64,000 bases of DNA from Candidatus Omnitrophota bacterium (GTDB taxonomy: Bacteria > Omnitrophota > Gorgyraeia > Ghiorseimicrobiales > Ghiorseimicrobiaceae): contig JAUXSB010000003.1 in assembly GCA_030681595.1 (NCBI GenBank), positions 31,207 to 95,206 on the forward strand, written 5' to 3'. The notes below the pieces were generated by a model. It ran no database searches. It was not told where the DNA came from and saw only the letters and a program-made list of their open reading frames with translations. How positions within the stretch are numbered: position 1 is the first letter of the stretch; every line of letters starts with the position of its first letter. Shown piece by piece: positions 30,839 to 40,681 of the stretch. The position numbers were made by a program, and so were the translations under genes.

Positions 30839-30926
30839 CGGAGGCGGAAGGATTCGAACCTTCGATCCACTTGCGCAGACTCCGGTTTTCGAAACCGGTG
30901 CACTCAACCAACTATGCGACGCCTCC
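30839..30926 (-). tRNA. tRNA-Ser (anticodon CGA), 88 nt, type II with long variable arm; CCA not encoded
   Basis: Manual fold: acceptor GGAGGCG/CGCCTCC, D-arm GCAT..GTGC, anticodon stem CCGGT/ACCGG with loop TTCGAAA (anticodon CGA), long variable arm, T-arm GAAGG-TTCGAAT-CCTTC. Confidence 0.8.
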
Positions 30927-31057
30927 AAAATATTTCCGCCGAAGGCGAAACCTCGCCAAACTAAAAGTTTGGCGGGCGAGAACGGCCCGTTATGACCACT
31001 TCGGTACCTCTCCAAAGTAAAAACAATAAATACAAAAACTAAAAATTAAGGAATCTT

Positions 31058-33265
31058 CTAGTAACTCTGCGAGCCCTCCTTGGGAGCATGGTAACCATTG
31101 CTAAACTCTACGCCATTTTCCGGAAACGCCTTTATCCTAAAAACCAAAAATATCTCTTCTCCGTATCCACGCCTTACATTATAATTAATCTCAACCTGCC
31201 AACAATGTAAATTTTTATATATTATATAGTTTTGCTCGCGGACACCGCCTGTCTCTCTTTCCCATCTTTCATAAACCCTAAACTTCCAATCCTCGTTTAA
31301 CCTATAAACAAGCTGGCCGGTAAATTGATTACGGTTATTTCTCTGATAGCGATAACCTGCGCCAAAAAAGTATTTGTAATCATCGCCTTCTGTTTTATGA
31401 TTTTCCTTATCGCCCATTAGCACCAAATCAAAGTTCGCGGCCTTAAAGGCACGGTCATCTTTGTCGTATTCTGAATCTGCCTCAAAACGCATCCATTCGT
31501 AAGGCGTAGCCTCAAAGTCAAAATTAATATTGCCAAATCTTGAACCTTGCGGCTTTAAGTGAAAATCATATCTGGTGTCCATGATAAACCTGACTAAATC
31601 TACGCTTTTTCCGCTGCGCTTGGTCTGCAATTTATTCTCTAGCCCCAAAGAGGCAGAATTAGACTTGGCTATGGAATCAATTCCATCAAAAGCAAAAAAT
31701 TTGGAAGAAGGCACTGTCGGCTCATGGATATACCCATAGCTTACCGAAGGCGTAATAACGTGGCGTAATTTATTAATGTCCAGTTTTAAAAAATCAGTCT
31801 TTGCGTCAAAAATACGGTAAAACTTAGTACTCATATCTATACCGGTATAAAAAGTACTGCGTAAAGCATCATCGCTTTCAGAATCCCTGTCCCTATCATA
31901 ATAGGTCTCTCTTAAAGCGACATAAGGGCTAGTCTCCACAAAACCGATTTTTTTAGGGTAGGAAAGCTGACTGTAGCTATCAATCCTGCTTACGTGATTG
32001 GTAGTATCGGACGGAGCGGCGGCCTTACTGTTTAAATTAACGACAGAGGCGACTCCGCTATAATAGAGCTTCGTTTCCCCTATTTCAGTGCTTGAAATAT
32101 CCCACTTTACTTCAGGCAGCTTTTCAGTTTCCGCCATAAATCTGTTTGTCCTCTTTTGGGCAAGAATGCTAAAAGTAGAAAAAGGCATGAGGCGTGTAAA
32201 TAAAAGATAAGAAGTATTGGTTACATCTTTTTCTTGTTCACGCAAAAAATAGTCATTCATAAAATTCGCATCGCTTAAACGGCTATACTCCAGTTTAAGG
32301 CTAGTGTCTTCATCCATATCCCACTTATGCCGCAGGCTGATCCTATACCTCTCCCGTTCAACTGTATTGCGGTTTTTTTCATCTACGTCTTCTTTCTTAA
32401 GTATTTCTTCGTTGATATTTTCCGAGAGGGAATTTATCCAAGGCTTCTTTAATTCCACATTTCTTTCATTCATATAATAAGTACGCAAGAACCCTTCGCC
32501 GAATAAATGCGTTTCGTATTTAGTGTCAAAACCGGAGGCGAAGTCCTTTCTTTCGCGGTAATCCAAATGGATCCTTCCGCGTAAATCCTCATTAAGATAA
32601 TACCTCCACGCGCTCAAAACATAATAACCCCAATCCTTAGACATCCCCGGAGTAACCGTAACCCTCGGGCGGTTGTCGTTTAAAGGGTGGACATAATTAG
32701 GCAGATAGGCAAGGGAAGAATTATAAAGCATGAAGTCGATACCGCGGGCGGTAACTTTTTCTCCTAAAGCAAAATCTATTTCTTTTGCCTTAAGCCTGTA
32801 ATGTGGCTTATCCCGGTCGCAGGTAGTAAAATACCCTTTATACATCCTTACCTCTTTATCTGATATTTTTTCCATGAGGTCCGCGGAAGCATAAAAAGGC
32901 AAAGATGTTAAGCGGGCGTTATCCATCGTCCCTTTTTGGGTATCTAAATTATAATTTGCTTCATCCGCTAATATTACGCTTCCTTCGCTCTCTATCCTGA
33001 CATTGCCAAAAGCGTGCGCGTCTTTAGTCTGTGTATTTACTGTCACTTTATCGCAGGTCAGCTTCGAGCCCTTATGGACAATAACGATATTTCCTTCAGC
33101 CAGAATTTTATTTTCTCCGCTGATAACTTCTACCTTATCACCGTCTACAATTATCGGCTCTATCTCTTCTGCGCAAAAACCAGAGGCGCTACCATAAGAT
33201 ATCAAAAACACCTGGATTAACGCAGCTATAACCCTGTTGTTTAAAAAATTTGAATTTAACCTCAA
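31058..33265 (-). CDS. lptD: LPS-assembly outer-membrane protein LptD/OstA family
   Basis: 735 aa with signal peptide and OstA N-domain, then a large beta-barrel-like region rich in aromatic residues. Confidence 0.7.
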   Translation of the reverse strand: MRLNSNFLNNRVIAALIQVFLISYGSASGFCAEEIEPIIVDGDKVEVISGENKILAEGNIVIVHKGSKLTCDKVTVNTQTKDAHAFGNVRIESEGSVILADEANYNLDTQKGTMDNARLTSLPFYASADLMEKISDKEVRMYKGYFTTCDRDKPHYRLKAKEIDFALGEKVTARGIDFMLYNSSLAYLPNYVHPLNDNRPRVTVTPGMSKDWGYYVLSAWRYYLNEDLRGRIHLDYRERKDFASGFDTKYETHLFGEGFLRTYYMNERNVELKKPWINSLSENINEEILKKEDVDEKNRNTVERERYRISLRHKWDMDEDTSLKLEYSRLSDANFMNDYFLREQEKDVTNTSYLLFTRLMPFSTFSILAQKRTNRFMAETEKLPEVKWDISSTEIGETKLYYSGVASVVNLNSKAAAPSDTTNHVSRIDSYSQLSYPKKIGFVETSPYVALRETYYDRDRDSESDDALRSTFYTGIDMSTKFYRIFDAKTDFLKLDINKLRHVITPSVSYGYIHEPTVPSSKFFAFDGIDSIAKSNSASLGLENKLQTKRSGKSVDLVRFIMDTRYDFHLKPQGSRFGNINFDFEATPYEWMRFEADSEYDKDDRAFKAANFDLVLMGDKENHKTEGDDYKYFFGAGYRYQRNNRNQFTGQLVYRLNEDWKFRVYERWERETGGVREQNYIIYKNLHCWQVEINYNVRRGYGEEIFLVFRIKAFPENGVEFSNGYHAPKEGSQSY

Positions 33266-33289
33266 AGCTATTACGCCCTTTCTTTAATC

Positions 33290-34201
33290 TTACTCAATGA
33301 ATAATAATGCCGCGCCAATTATCCCCGCGTCCTGGCCTAATTTTGCCCTAACAATTTTTACGATATTTTTTGCCGGAGCCATCGCCCGCCCTATGACAAC
33401 TTTTTCTACGGCGTCAAAAAGAATACTCCCTGCGCCGGCAACCCCTCCGCCAATCACAATACAATCCGGATTAAAAAAGTTAACTATGCCGGATAAGCAT
33501 AAGCCTAAATAGCTGCCCACCTCCTGCCATAGTTTTCTCGCTTCTCTATTGCCATGCCTTGCTTTTTGAGTTAATTCTTCCAGCTTGATAGCGCCGAATA
33601 AAGCCTTTGCCTTCTTTAAAATGCGGCTGTTACCGATATAGCTTTCCAGGCATCCTTTTGCGCCGCAGCCGCACTTAGGCCCATCCGCGGCAACAGGAAT
33701 ATGCCCTATCTCTCCCGCAGAAAGGCTTGAACCGCGATAAAGCTTGCCCTCTACTATTATCCCTCCTCCTACGCCTGTACCTAAAGTCAAACAAACCATG
33801 TTACGGGATTTTTTCCCCGCCCCAAGTTTAAATTCAGCAAGCGTGATAAGATTTACGTCGTTATCAATTAATACAGGAAGGTGGATTTTCTGCCGGATAA
33901 TTCTGGCAAGAGAAACCTCCTTCCATCCGGCGATATTAGGGAAATAATGCACGATGCCTTTTTGGCTGTCTATCGGCCCGGGCAAACCTATACCTACACC
34001 CCGGACTTTTTCTTTACGTATCTTATGCTTATTTAATAAGTTTTGAATATAAAAAAGGAGTGCGTTAATGAGGCACTCTTTTCCGCGGAATTTCTGGGTA
34101 GAAAAAATAATCTTATCTTTAATTTTAAGCCTATTGTCTAGAAGCCCGATTTTAGTATTAGTCCCGCCTAAGTCTATACCAATGATAAAATCCTGGCTCA
34201 T
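33290..34201 (-). CDS. ROK-family glucokinase
   Basis: 303 aa with IGIDLGGTNTK and ROK zinc motif CGCGAKGCLE. Confidence 0.7.
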   Translation of the reverse strand: MSQDFIIGIDLGGTNTKIGLLDNRLKIKDKIIFSTQKFRGKECLINALLFYIQNLLNKHKIRKEKVRGVGIGLPGPIDSQKGIVHYFPNIAGWKEVSLARIIRQKIHLPVLIDNDVNLITLAEFKLGAGKKSRNMVCLTLGTGVGGGIIVEGKLYRGSSLSAGEIGHIPVAADGPKCGCGAKGCLESYIGNSRILKKAKALFGAIKLEELTQKARHGNREARKLWQEVGSYLGLCLSGIVNFFNPDCIVIGGGVAGAGSILFDAVEKVVIGRAMAPAKNIVKIVRAKLGQDAGIIGAALLFIE

Positions 34202-34314
34202 ATATAAGAGTATTTAAATTTATTAAGGTATAAAAATAAAAAACTTATTAAAAAATTATACCATTGAAAAATTTGAGAGGCAAGTTTTATTATTAAACAG
34301 TTAAACAAGTATTT

Positions 34315-35364
34315 TTAGGCAGGATTCACAAAGAAAAGCGAAGGGAATACATTCATCAGGATTATAAATATGGCAACTACTATTATCCAACCCGCCAACG
34401 CAGATAATATACTTAAAGCCGCTTCTTTCTTCAAAACTCTCCTGATATCGCAGGTAAGGCCGATGGCCGCCAGGGCCGCGCCGAAAATAATCTTATACCA
34501 TGGCTTAATCAGGGGCGAATATTGCTCTAGGGGCGTATAAGTAAAAAGCAGGGCCGCGCCAAAGAACAAATAAGCGATAGTTAAGCTGTATTTAATTACC
34601 GAAAGGCGTATCTCTGCGGTAGCTTTTTTTGACTTTAACTGATTCAAGAAAAGCACGATAAAACTAAACGGAAGGATGAGCGTGGTGCGGATATATTTAA
34701 CATTCAAGGCGAGCTTATCCAGGCCCTTTTCCATAAAAGTTCCTGCCGTCTGGACTAAGCCATCCTGATTAAAGGTCAACCCGCAGAATATGGCAAACTT
34801 TTCGCCATAAACATCGGCCGCGAAAAACAATTTATTCAGGAAAAATACACTGGCAAAAAATGACACCACGCCTACGAGAAGTATGCTGATAAGCGCTTTA
34901 GTCACATCTTCTTCCTCGGCATCAACCATGGGAGAACTTACCGCGATGGCGGCCACCCCGCATATAGCCGAGCCCACAGATGTAAGAAGGTTAGTCTTGT
35001 ACGTTACCTTGAGTAACTTATTAAGAAAATAAACTATTAAAAAAGTAAGCGCTGAATAAATTACGCATTGGAAGAGGATATCGCTGCCGATAACGCAGCA
35101 TAAAGCGATCTTTTTAAAATTAATCTCGGTGCCGTACAAAAACAAACCTACGGGCAAAAGAATATCTTTGCATAATGCCGTACCTATCCAAAGCGAATTT
35201 TTACGCGGAAAACAAGAACCGATAATAACGCCGATAATTACCGCGACAGCGAACGCGTTAATAAACTTATACAAACCGGATAACCAATAACTAAAAATAG
35301 ATATGCCCAAGGCAAGCAAAAAACCGGGTAACGCTAAAGCAAACAATCCCTTTTCTTTACCCAT
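34315..35364 (-). CDS. polytopic membrane protein (possibly YeiH/UPF0324-type exporter)
   Basis: 349 aa, highly hydrophobic; family assignment is tentative. Confidence 0.3.
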   Translation of the reverse strand: MGKEKGLFALALPGFLLALGISIFSYWLSGLYKFINAFAVAVIIGVIIGSCFPRKNSLWIGTALCKDILLPVGLFLYGTEINFKKIALCCVIGSDILFQCVIYSALTFLIVYFLNKLLKVTYKTNLLTSVGSAICGVAAIAVSSPMVDAEEEDVTKALISILLVGVVSFFASVFFLNKLFFAADVYGEKFAIFCGLTFNQDGLVQTAGTFMEKGLDKLALNVKYIRTTLILPFSFIVLFLNQLKSKKATAEIRLSVIKYSLTIAYLFFGAALLFTYTPLEQYSPLIKPWYKIIFGAALAAIGLTCDIRRVLKKEAALSILSALAGWIIVVAIFIILMNVFPSLFFVNPA

Positions 35365-35593
35365 GGCTCTTTTCCCCTTCTTGGCTTAAACCAGATATAG
35401 TCAAACTATCGGTTTTAAGTATTTTTTTTGCTTCTTCGACAAGCTTTGTTTCCAGCTGCACGTCATCAGGCGTATCTTCGGAAAAACTCTCCACATCCTG
35501 GCCAAGCTTGAAACTCAACATCGCCACAGCCAGATTCTTAAAAACAGACCTCGCCTTTACTACATCAACTATCGCCTTAAGTTTTCCCGCCAT
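35357..35593 (-). CDS. small acidic hypothetical protein
   Basis: 78 aa ORF overlapping the downstream gene by 8 nt; no recognisable motif. Confidence 0.3.
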   Translation of the reverse strand: MAGKLKAIVDVVKARSVFKNLAVAMLSFKLGQDVESFSEDTPDDVQLETKLVEEAKKILKTDSLTISGLSQEGEKSHG

Positions 35594-35607
35594 AAATTAC
35601 CTTTGCA

Positions 35608-35795
35608 CTTATGGCTTTGGCTAAATTGAAAGCCAAACCATTGCCTTGTGGCTTATGGCTTTGGCTATATTGAAAGCCAAACCATTGCCTTGTGGCTTAT
35701 GCCTTTGGCTATATTGAAAGCCAAACCATTGCCTTGTGGCTTATGCCTTTGGCTATATTGAAAGCCAAACCATTGCCTTACCGGCTTATGCCTTA
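35608..35795. repeat. tandem array, ~4.4 copies of a 44-bp unit (cttatggctttggctatattgaaagccaaaccattgccttgtgg)
   Basis: Read directly with period 44 bp. Copies differ at 1-3 positions. The unit contains the hairpin tttggc-N10-gccaaa. It lies at the left boundary of the low-GC radical SAM island. Confidence 0.85.
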
Positions 35796-36032
35796 TTCAA
35801 ATTTACTATTTTAATTATATCAACTTTCTTCAAATATTGCAACCCAATAAATTACCGCGAGCCTTATTATAGTTATAGCACATAAATTAACTACTGGCGC
35901 AGAAAATAACGCCTTATACATAAGCGCATTAAGGTTACAAGACATTCTGCTATGCAGGCAACACTTCAACTTATCTTTCCGCATTAATGCTCATTTAAAT
36001 ATAATGCTGCTTATGAAAATATTAATGCAGTA

Positions 36033-36956
36033 TCACAAAAACCAGGTTATAAGCGCTCCGGAAAACATCCAAAAGGCAAAGGGCGTAGTTTTCTGAATAG
36101 TTCTTTCGGAATAAAAATCAATTATTTTCTTAAGCATAGGGAACAGCAGCATAATCAATACGGTCGATATGAATGTATTTTTTATTTCAAAAATAAATCT
36201 TTTATCCGTATACACAAAGTATAGTATCAAAAAAACAAAAGTAATCATTATAAATTTGGTATTTTTTTTAAACATTTTGGAAAGCTTTTTAAAAAGCAAT
36301 AGGGCGATCAACATCAAAATATTCTGATCGGGTAAAATCCTACCGATTAAATTTTGTAATGCTTGTCGTAAAACCTTAAAAGCTAGAAAAAGAGTAAGAA
36401 AGCCAAAAAAGACTTTGCTTAATTCAATTTTATTAAATTTACTCTTCTCTTTAATTAATTCTGCGGTTTGCTTCTTTAATTTCCCAAAATTAAATTTTTT
36501 AATAAAGTAGGCGCATGACCGCAAAAAAAGATAAGCTGTCGCCGGTATAAAAATACTTAACAACAATGAAAAGGAAGCAAAGTAATAATTAAAATAAACC
36601 CGAGAATACTGCCCCATTGGAATAAGGGCAGAATAGCAGATAAAAAGCTTCGCATCCCCTGCTCCCCACATCTTAAAATACCATAGCGAATATGCCACAA
36701 TTATACTCGTTATTAAATTAACGCACCATTTGTCAAAATTATGGACTAAACCAGAAGATATTTCTGCTAAAACATTATTCGTAATTCCGCTTAAGGACAG
36801 ATAATAAATAATCCAGGAGGATAAATATAAAACACATGCGTAGATTAATCCTATTAAAATCCACTTATTTCTGATTTTAGAATACCTTAAGTCTTCGTAA
36901 GACGTAACAAGCCCGATAAAGAAAATTATCGGCAAAAAAATAATATTATTAATCAT
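36033..36956 (-). CDS. A24-family aspartic peptidase-like polytopic membrane protein (prepilin/preflagellin peptidase-like)
   Basis: 307 aa with SYEDLRYSKIRN (first catalytic Asp context) and WGAGDAKL (the GxGD-type second Asp motif of PilD/FlaK). Confidence 0.45.
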   Translation of the reverse strand: MINNIIFLPIIFFIGLVTSYEDLRYSKIRNKWILIGLIYACVLYLSSWIIYYLSLSGITNNVLAEISSGLVHNFDKWCVNLITSIIVAYSLWYFKMWGAGDAKLFICYSALIPMGQYSRVYFNYYFASFSLLLSIFIPATAYLFLRSCAYFIKKFNFGKLKKQTAELIKEKSKFNKIELSKVFFGFLTLFLAFKVLRQALQNLIGRILPDQNILMLIALLLFKKLSKMFKKNTKFIMITFVFLILYFVYTDKRFIFEIKNTFISTVLIMLLFPMLKKIIDFYSERTIQKTTPFAFWMFSGALITWFL

Positions 36957-37214
36957 ATAACTAATAAGCTTTGTTAAAATTTATTTTATTTATTCTTGTT
37001 TCTAAATTATTACTATTACAACACATTGGCAACAAACAAGTTATGTATTTTTTAAAGCATCGTTAATAAATAAGGTTATATCTTTGCAACGCATAACCAT
37101 AACGTAACGCATTGCATTACAATAAGTTGTGAAAGAAGATTTCGCAAGATGCCCCTATTTTTAATAAAGCCCTGTAATAAATATTCCTCACGTAATTTTT
37201 TCTGTATTAAAGAT

Positions 37215-37700
37215 TCAAATATTATTGGATAATATCTTTTCCGAAATTTCTAACACCAAGCTTTTCAACTTAGAAAAATTGTTAGCATTTAATTTTAGAT
37301 ATTTATAGTAATATATAACGTAATCATGGTTAAAAAGTATGCCGTTACTCAGTTTATATTCGCCAAGATGCCGTAAAGCGAAAGCTAAATCTATCCAGTT
37401 ATCAAGATTGTCGGGGTTACGAGAAATGGATTTTAAAAAATATTTCTTCGCCTGAGAAAAGTCTTCGGCGATATAATAAATATATCCTGCAAGCGAAAAG
37501 ATTGTTTCTATCTGTTCTTCTTTTAACCAATTTTTAATTTTCCCTTGCAACATTCTTAATTTCTCGGGAGAAGAAAAATAAAGAATGGATAACCGGTAGA
37601 AAAGCGAATCTATCCGTTCAATATAGCCAGAAATATAATTTGTCTGACGAGGCGAGAGATCAAAACCAGCAATATTTTTAAATTCGTTACATATATCCAT
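37215..37700 (-). CDS. TPR-repeat protein
   Basis: 161 aa with TPR-like helical repeats (AKKYFLKSISRNPDNLDNWIDLAFAL). Confidence 0.45.
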   Translation of the reverse strand: MDICNEFKNIAGFDLSPRQTNYISGYIERIDSLFYRLSILYFSSPEKLRMLQGKIKNWLKEEQIETIFSLAGYIYYIAEDFSQAKKYFLKSISRNPDNLDNWIDLAFALRHLGEYKLSNGILFNHDYVIYYYKYLKLNANNFSKLKSLVLEISEKILSNNI

Positions 37701-38770
37701 TAATTAAACTGAACAATAAAAGGTATCTCCGGGGCAAAATTTCTCCTCTGCCATCTGATCCTTCTTATCAACTTGCCATTATTCAAAATCACAACATCTC
37801 TATCCTCTAAAAATACACAGTTTCCTCTTTTTAAGTCACTTTCATAAAGGTTATTTTCAGACATTTGACCAATGAAGTAGACATCTTTATAATGTAACTT
37901 ACCATTTTTAATCTCGCCATCAAAGGCATAAAATTTTATTTCATAAAAGATTAATAGGGGTAGTTTTAAATGCCTATCAATCTTTTCTACAAATTCCGGC
38001 TCTTCCGCATAAATCGCTTTTTTTATTTTTCTGGCCAATTCTATCGTAGCCTTACAATTATAAGCACAAGGCATATGATAGATATAGGAATAGGTAATAT
38101 CCCTAGTACAAGGATTAGATAAATAATGGTATCTATTTTTCTTGGTATTCTTAAATGCTTCATAAAGATAACTATACTTATACCAGTTATTAAACTGTCG
38201 AAAAAAACCGACACAACATTTTGGATATCCAAGGTTATATCCAAATTTAAAAATATCTATACCAGGCCTATCAATTACTCTATGTTTGATTATTAAAGGA
38301 TACCATCCATCTCTAAAACAATTTTCTAAGTTACCTTTTGATTTAGCAATAAATACATGAACAAGGCCATCTTTGCTTGACCCATTAAACGGTAAGCCAA
38401 ATGCATAAGTCGTAGTTAGGCGTTTACCACCTATAACATTTTTTAAAATATTTTTCTTTTTTGACATCCTAAAAACAGTATCGGTCCTTACAATAAGACC
38501 ATAGCGTTTGCATATTCTACGGTATTCATCATATCTATCCACCCTTACCCAGTCGTCCATCGCTGGCTTTATCTCTTTCACTGTAGCCATTATATTCACT
38601 AACTGCCCACTGCCCTTAATCTGGACAAATTCTCTACAGAATTTTTTTGGATAATAGGATTCAAACATTATAGATATAATGAAACTCCATGGCTTTACAG
38701 ACGCAGCACCCAAGAACCGCCTGCGCTTCGTTTTAGCTATGCCTGAAAGCAGGCATAGCTGCGACATCAC
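37700..38770 (-). CDS. hypothetical protein (no rSAM motif), cluster member
   Basis: 356 aa, tightly coupled (start/stop overlaps) with neighbours; GYPKCCVGFF motif of unknown meaning. Confidence 0.3.
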   Translation of the reverse strand: MMSQLCLLSGIAKTKRRRFLGAASVKPWSFIISIMFESYYPKKFCREFVQIKGSGQLVNIMATVKEIKPAMDDWVRVDRYDEYRRICKRYGLIVRTDTVFRMSKKKNILKNVIGGKRLTTTYAFGLPFNGSSKDGLVHVFIAKSKGNLENCFRDGWYPLIIKHRVIDRPGIDIFKFGYNLGYPKCCVGFFRQFNNWYKYSYLYEAFKNTKKNRYHYLSNPCTRDITYSYIYHMPCAYNCKATIELARKIKKAIYAEEPEFVEKIDRHLKLPLLIFYEIKFYAFDGEIKNGKLHYKDVYFIGQMSENNLYESDLKRGNCVFLEDRDVVILNNGKLIRRIRWQRRNFAPEIPFIVQFN

Positions 38771-38794
38771 GCCACAACGCTTTTTGCGGATAAC

Positions 38795-39766
38795 TTAAGC
38801 GCCTTTTATCGGCCTGAATTCTTCAGAGCCATATGCCTTTAAATAATGGACATATGGCCCAAGACAAAGGCTATTGAATACGCACCCACTACAAGAAACC
38901 ACCTTCCTTCTAGAGGTATATTTAAATGAATCATCTTTATTCTTTACACTCACCAAATAACCTCTGGAAATTTTTAATATTACGCATCTGAACATCTCCT
39001 TGTCAATCTTATTAATTATGCAAAATGGCATAGAGAGAAAATATCTTGCAAAATATATAAATAAATCAGAATGATAACGATATCTTTTTGTATACAACTC
39101 TACGGCTTTTTTAAAATACCTTATGACCTTTGTATATCTGGGCATTAGAAAATGGTAAAAAATAAGGGAAGCGGCATGCGGCCTATAATGATCTATCATA
39201 AAACGCATTCCAGGAAACTGTTCAATTTTAAGCCTTACCAAAGATGGAATATCCGCATAATTTTGCGTTAAAAAAATACCGTTTAATGTTACGGGTAAAT
39301 CAAACCGAGATAAATTGTTCAATGCCTCCATCAAATCAACAAATGAACCTGGAGAATTAGTTATCGCATCGTTTATCTTTGCAGTAGATCCGTAAATAGG
39401 AACATGAAATCCATTAGCTCCTGCCGTTACGACTTTCTTTAGAAAAACAAAATTCTTTAATTTTCTTCCCGTGGTTTGAACGGTGATATTTGTAAAAGAT
39501 AATTTACGCGCAAAAACTAATAAATCAATAATGGATGAACGGTTCAGTATTTCGTTACCCGTAAAGCATATCTTGCGAAAACCAAGCGACTTCGCAAGGC
39601 GTATCCTACATTTAATTGTATTTATATCATCCGGCTCATCATGGGTAAGTTGTTGCGTATTTTTTCCATGTACTAATCGGCTGTTCTGACAAAACACGCA
39701 AGAGTTATCGCATTGCGAATCTAATACTAAAATTATTTCATCGTTGTTTTGGAGAATAGGCATCAC
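38795..39766 (-). CDS. radical SAM protein, island paralog family (twitch-like C-terminal 4-Cys)
   Basis: 323 aa with CDNSCVFC and a C-terminal FCIIN...CSGCVFNSLCLG...YGSEEFRPIK. Confidence 0.7.
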   Translation of the reverse strand: MMPILQNNDEIILVLDSQCDNSCVFCQNSRLVHGKNTQQLTHDEPDDINTIKCRIRLAKSLGFRKICFTGNEILNRSSIIDLLVFARKLSFTNITVQTTGRKLKNFVFLKKVVTAGANGFHVPIYGSTAKINDAITNSPGSFVDLMEALNNLSRFDLPVTLNGIFLTQNYADIPSLVRLKIEQFPGMRFMIDHYRPHAASLIFYHFLMPRYTKVIRYFKKAVELYTKRYRYHSDLFIYFARYFLSMPFCIINKIDKEMFRCVILKISRGYLVSVKNKDDSFKYTSRRKVVSCSGCVFNSLCLGPYVHYLKAYGSEEFRPIKGA

Positions 39767-40650
39767 TTAACAGGTTTAAACTCTTGCCACCCAAAAAACT
39801 CAGGATATTCACGCCAGGGTCCCTCGCAAATTTTGAAATATTTGCATTCTTCACACTTCGGCCCTTTAAGTTTTCCATGTTCTCTGCGCCACTGGTTAAA
39901 ATTGGTTATCGGTTTAATATCAAATACCTTGGTTTCAGGAATAATCGCTTCACTAGCACAATTGGCATATTCGCTTAAAAAACAATACGGTATGGCTTCA
40001 GTTTTTGGCATTTTTTTCTTCCTAATGCCAATTTCCAGGCCGCGTTTTAAATAAAGAATAATATCTTTTTTCTGCGGTATTAGCCAACTATGATTCGCTA
40101 ATGCGTTTCCTAAAATATGAGGAAAGGAAAAACGATATTCAACCACCCCTAAGCCAACTAACATCAAAGCAATCTTAGGTAAAAAGCGGTAATTCAATGC
40201 AGTAATAACTGTATTAGTAAATACTACGCGACCAGAAGAAAGGAGATGCTTAATACCACAAATCGTCTGAGCGAAACTTCCCCTCGCTCCCGTATGGCTA
40301 TCATGCAACTCAGCATTATGTCCATGTACCGATATAGTAAAAAGACTTGCACCTGCCTCTATCATTTTTTTACAAAAATCTTTATACCTAAACATTCTTC
40401 CGTTGCTTTGAATATGAACAATATATCCTAACTTTTTAGAATATCTTACCAAGTCTATGATATCAAAACGTATTGTAGGTTCTCCACCTGTAAAAATTAC
40501 CTCTTTATAACTATCTTTCGAATCAGCTAAAATAGTTTCTATCTGTGAGCGCGCCATATCGTTGTAGATTTTGCGCTTGTTACCTTGGACACAAAAACTA
40601 CAGTGGTTATTACATCTAAAACTAATTTTTATATCCAGCCTCTTATGCAT
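39763..40650 (-). CDS. radical SAM protein, island paralog family
   Basis: 295 aa with CNNHCSFC, FTGGEPT, SVHGHNAELHDSHTG, and C-terminal IPYCF...CEECKYFKICEG...FGWQEFKPV. It is a close paralog of 55967-56872. Confidence 0.75.
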   Translation of the reverse strand: MHKRLDIKISFRCNNHCSFCVQGNKRKIYNDMARSQIETILADSKDSYKEVIFTGGEPTIRFDIIDLVRYSKKLGYIVHIQSNGRMFRYKDFCKKMIEAGASLFTISVHGHNAELHDSHTGARGSFAQTICGIKHLLSSGRVVFTNTVITALNYRFLPKIALMLVGLGVVEYRFSFPHILGNALANHSWLIPQKKDIILYLKRGLEIGIRKKKMPKTEAIPYCFLSEYANCASEAIIPETKVFDIKPITNFNQWRREHGKLKGPKCEECKYFKICEGPWREYPEFFGWQEFKPVK

Positions 40651-40681
40651 ACATCTATCCTAACCTTAATTATCCGTTGTC

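Noticed and set aside
30936-31013. Calling the tRNA-like sequence upstream of tRNA-Ser a functional second tRNA
   Set aside because: I could not close a 7-bp acceptor stem or find a T-arm/T-loop. It is kept only as a possible remnant in the findings.
35608-35795. 44-bp tandem array as a CRISPR array
   Set aside because: The units are directly contiguous with no unique spacers, and no cas genes are in the window. It is a simple tandem repeat.
36957-37214. Short Cys-containing ORFs (MCCNSNN..., MRYVMVMRC...) in the 258-bp gap as additional precursor peptides
   Set aside because: No SD, no similarity to the His-rich precursor, and they sit in AT-rich DNA where short ORFs arise by chance. They are mentioned only within the internal-gap finding.
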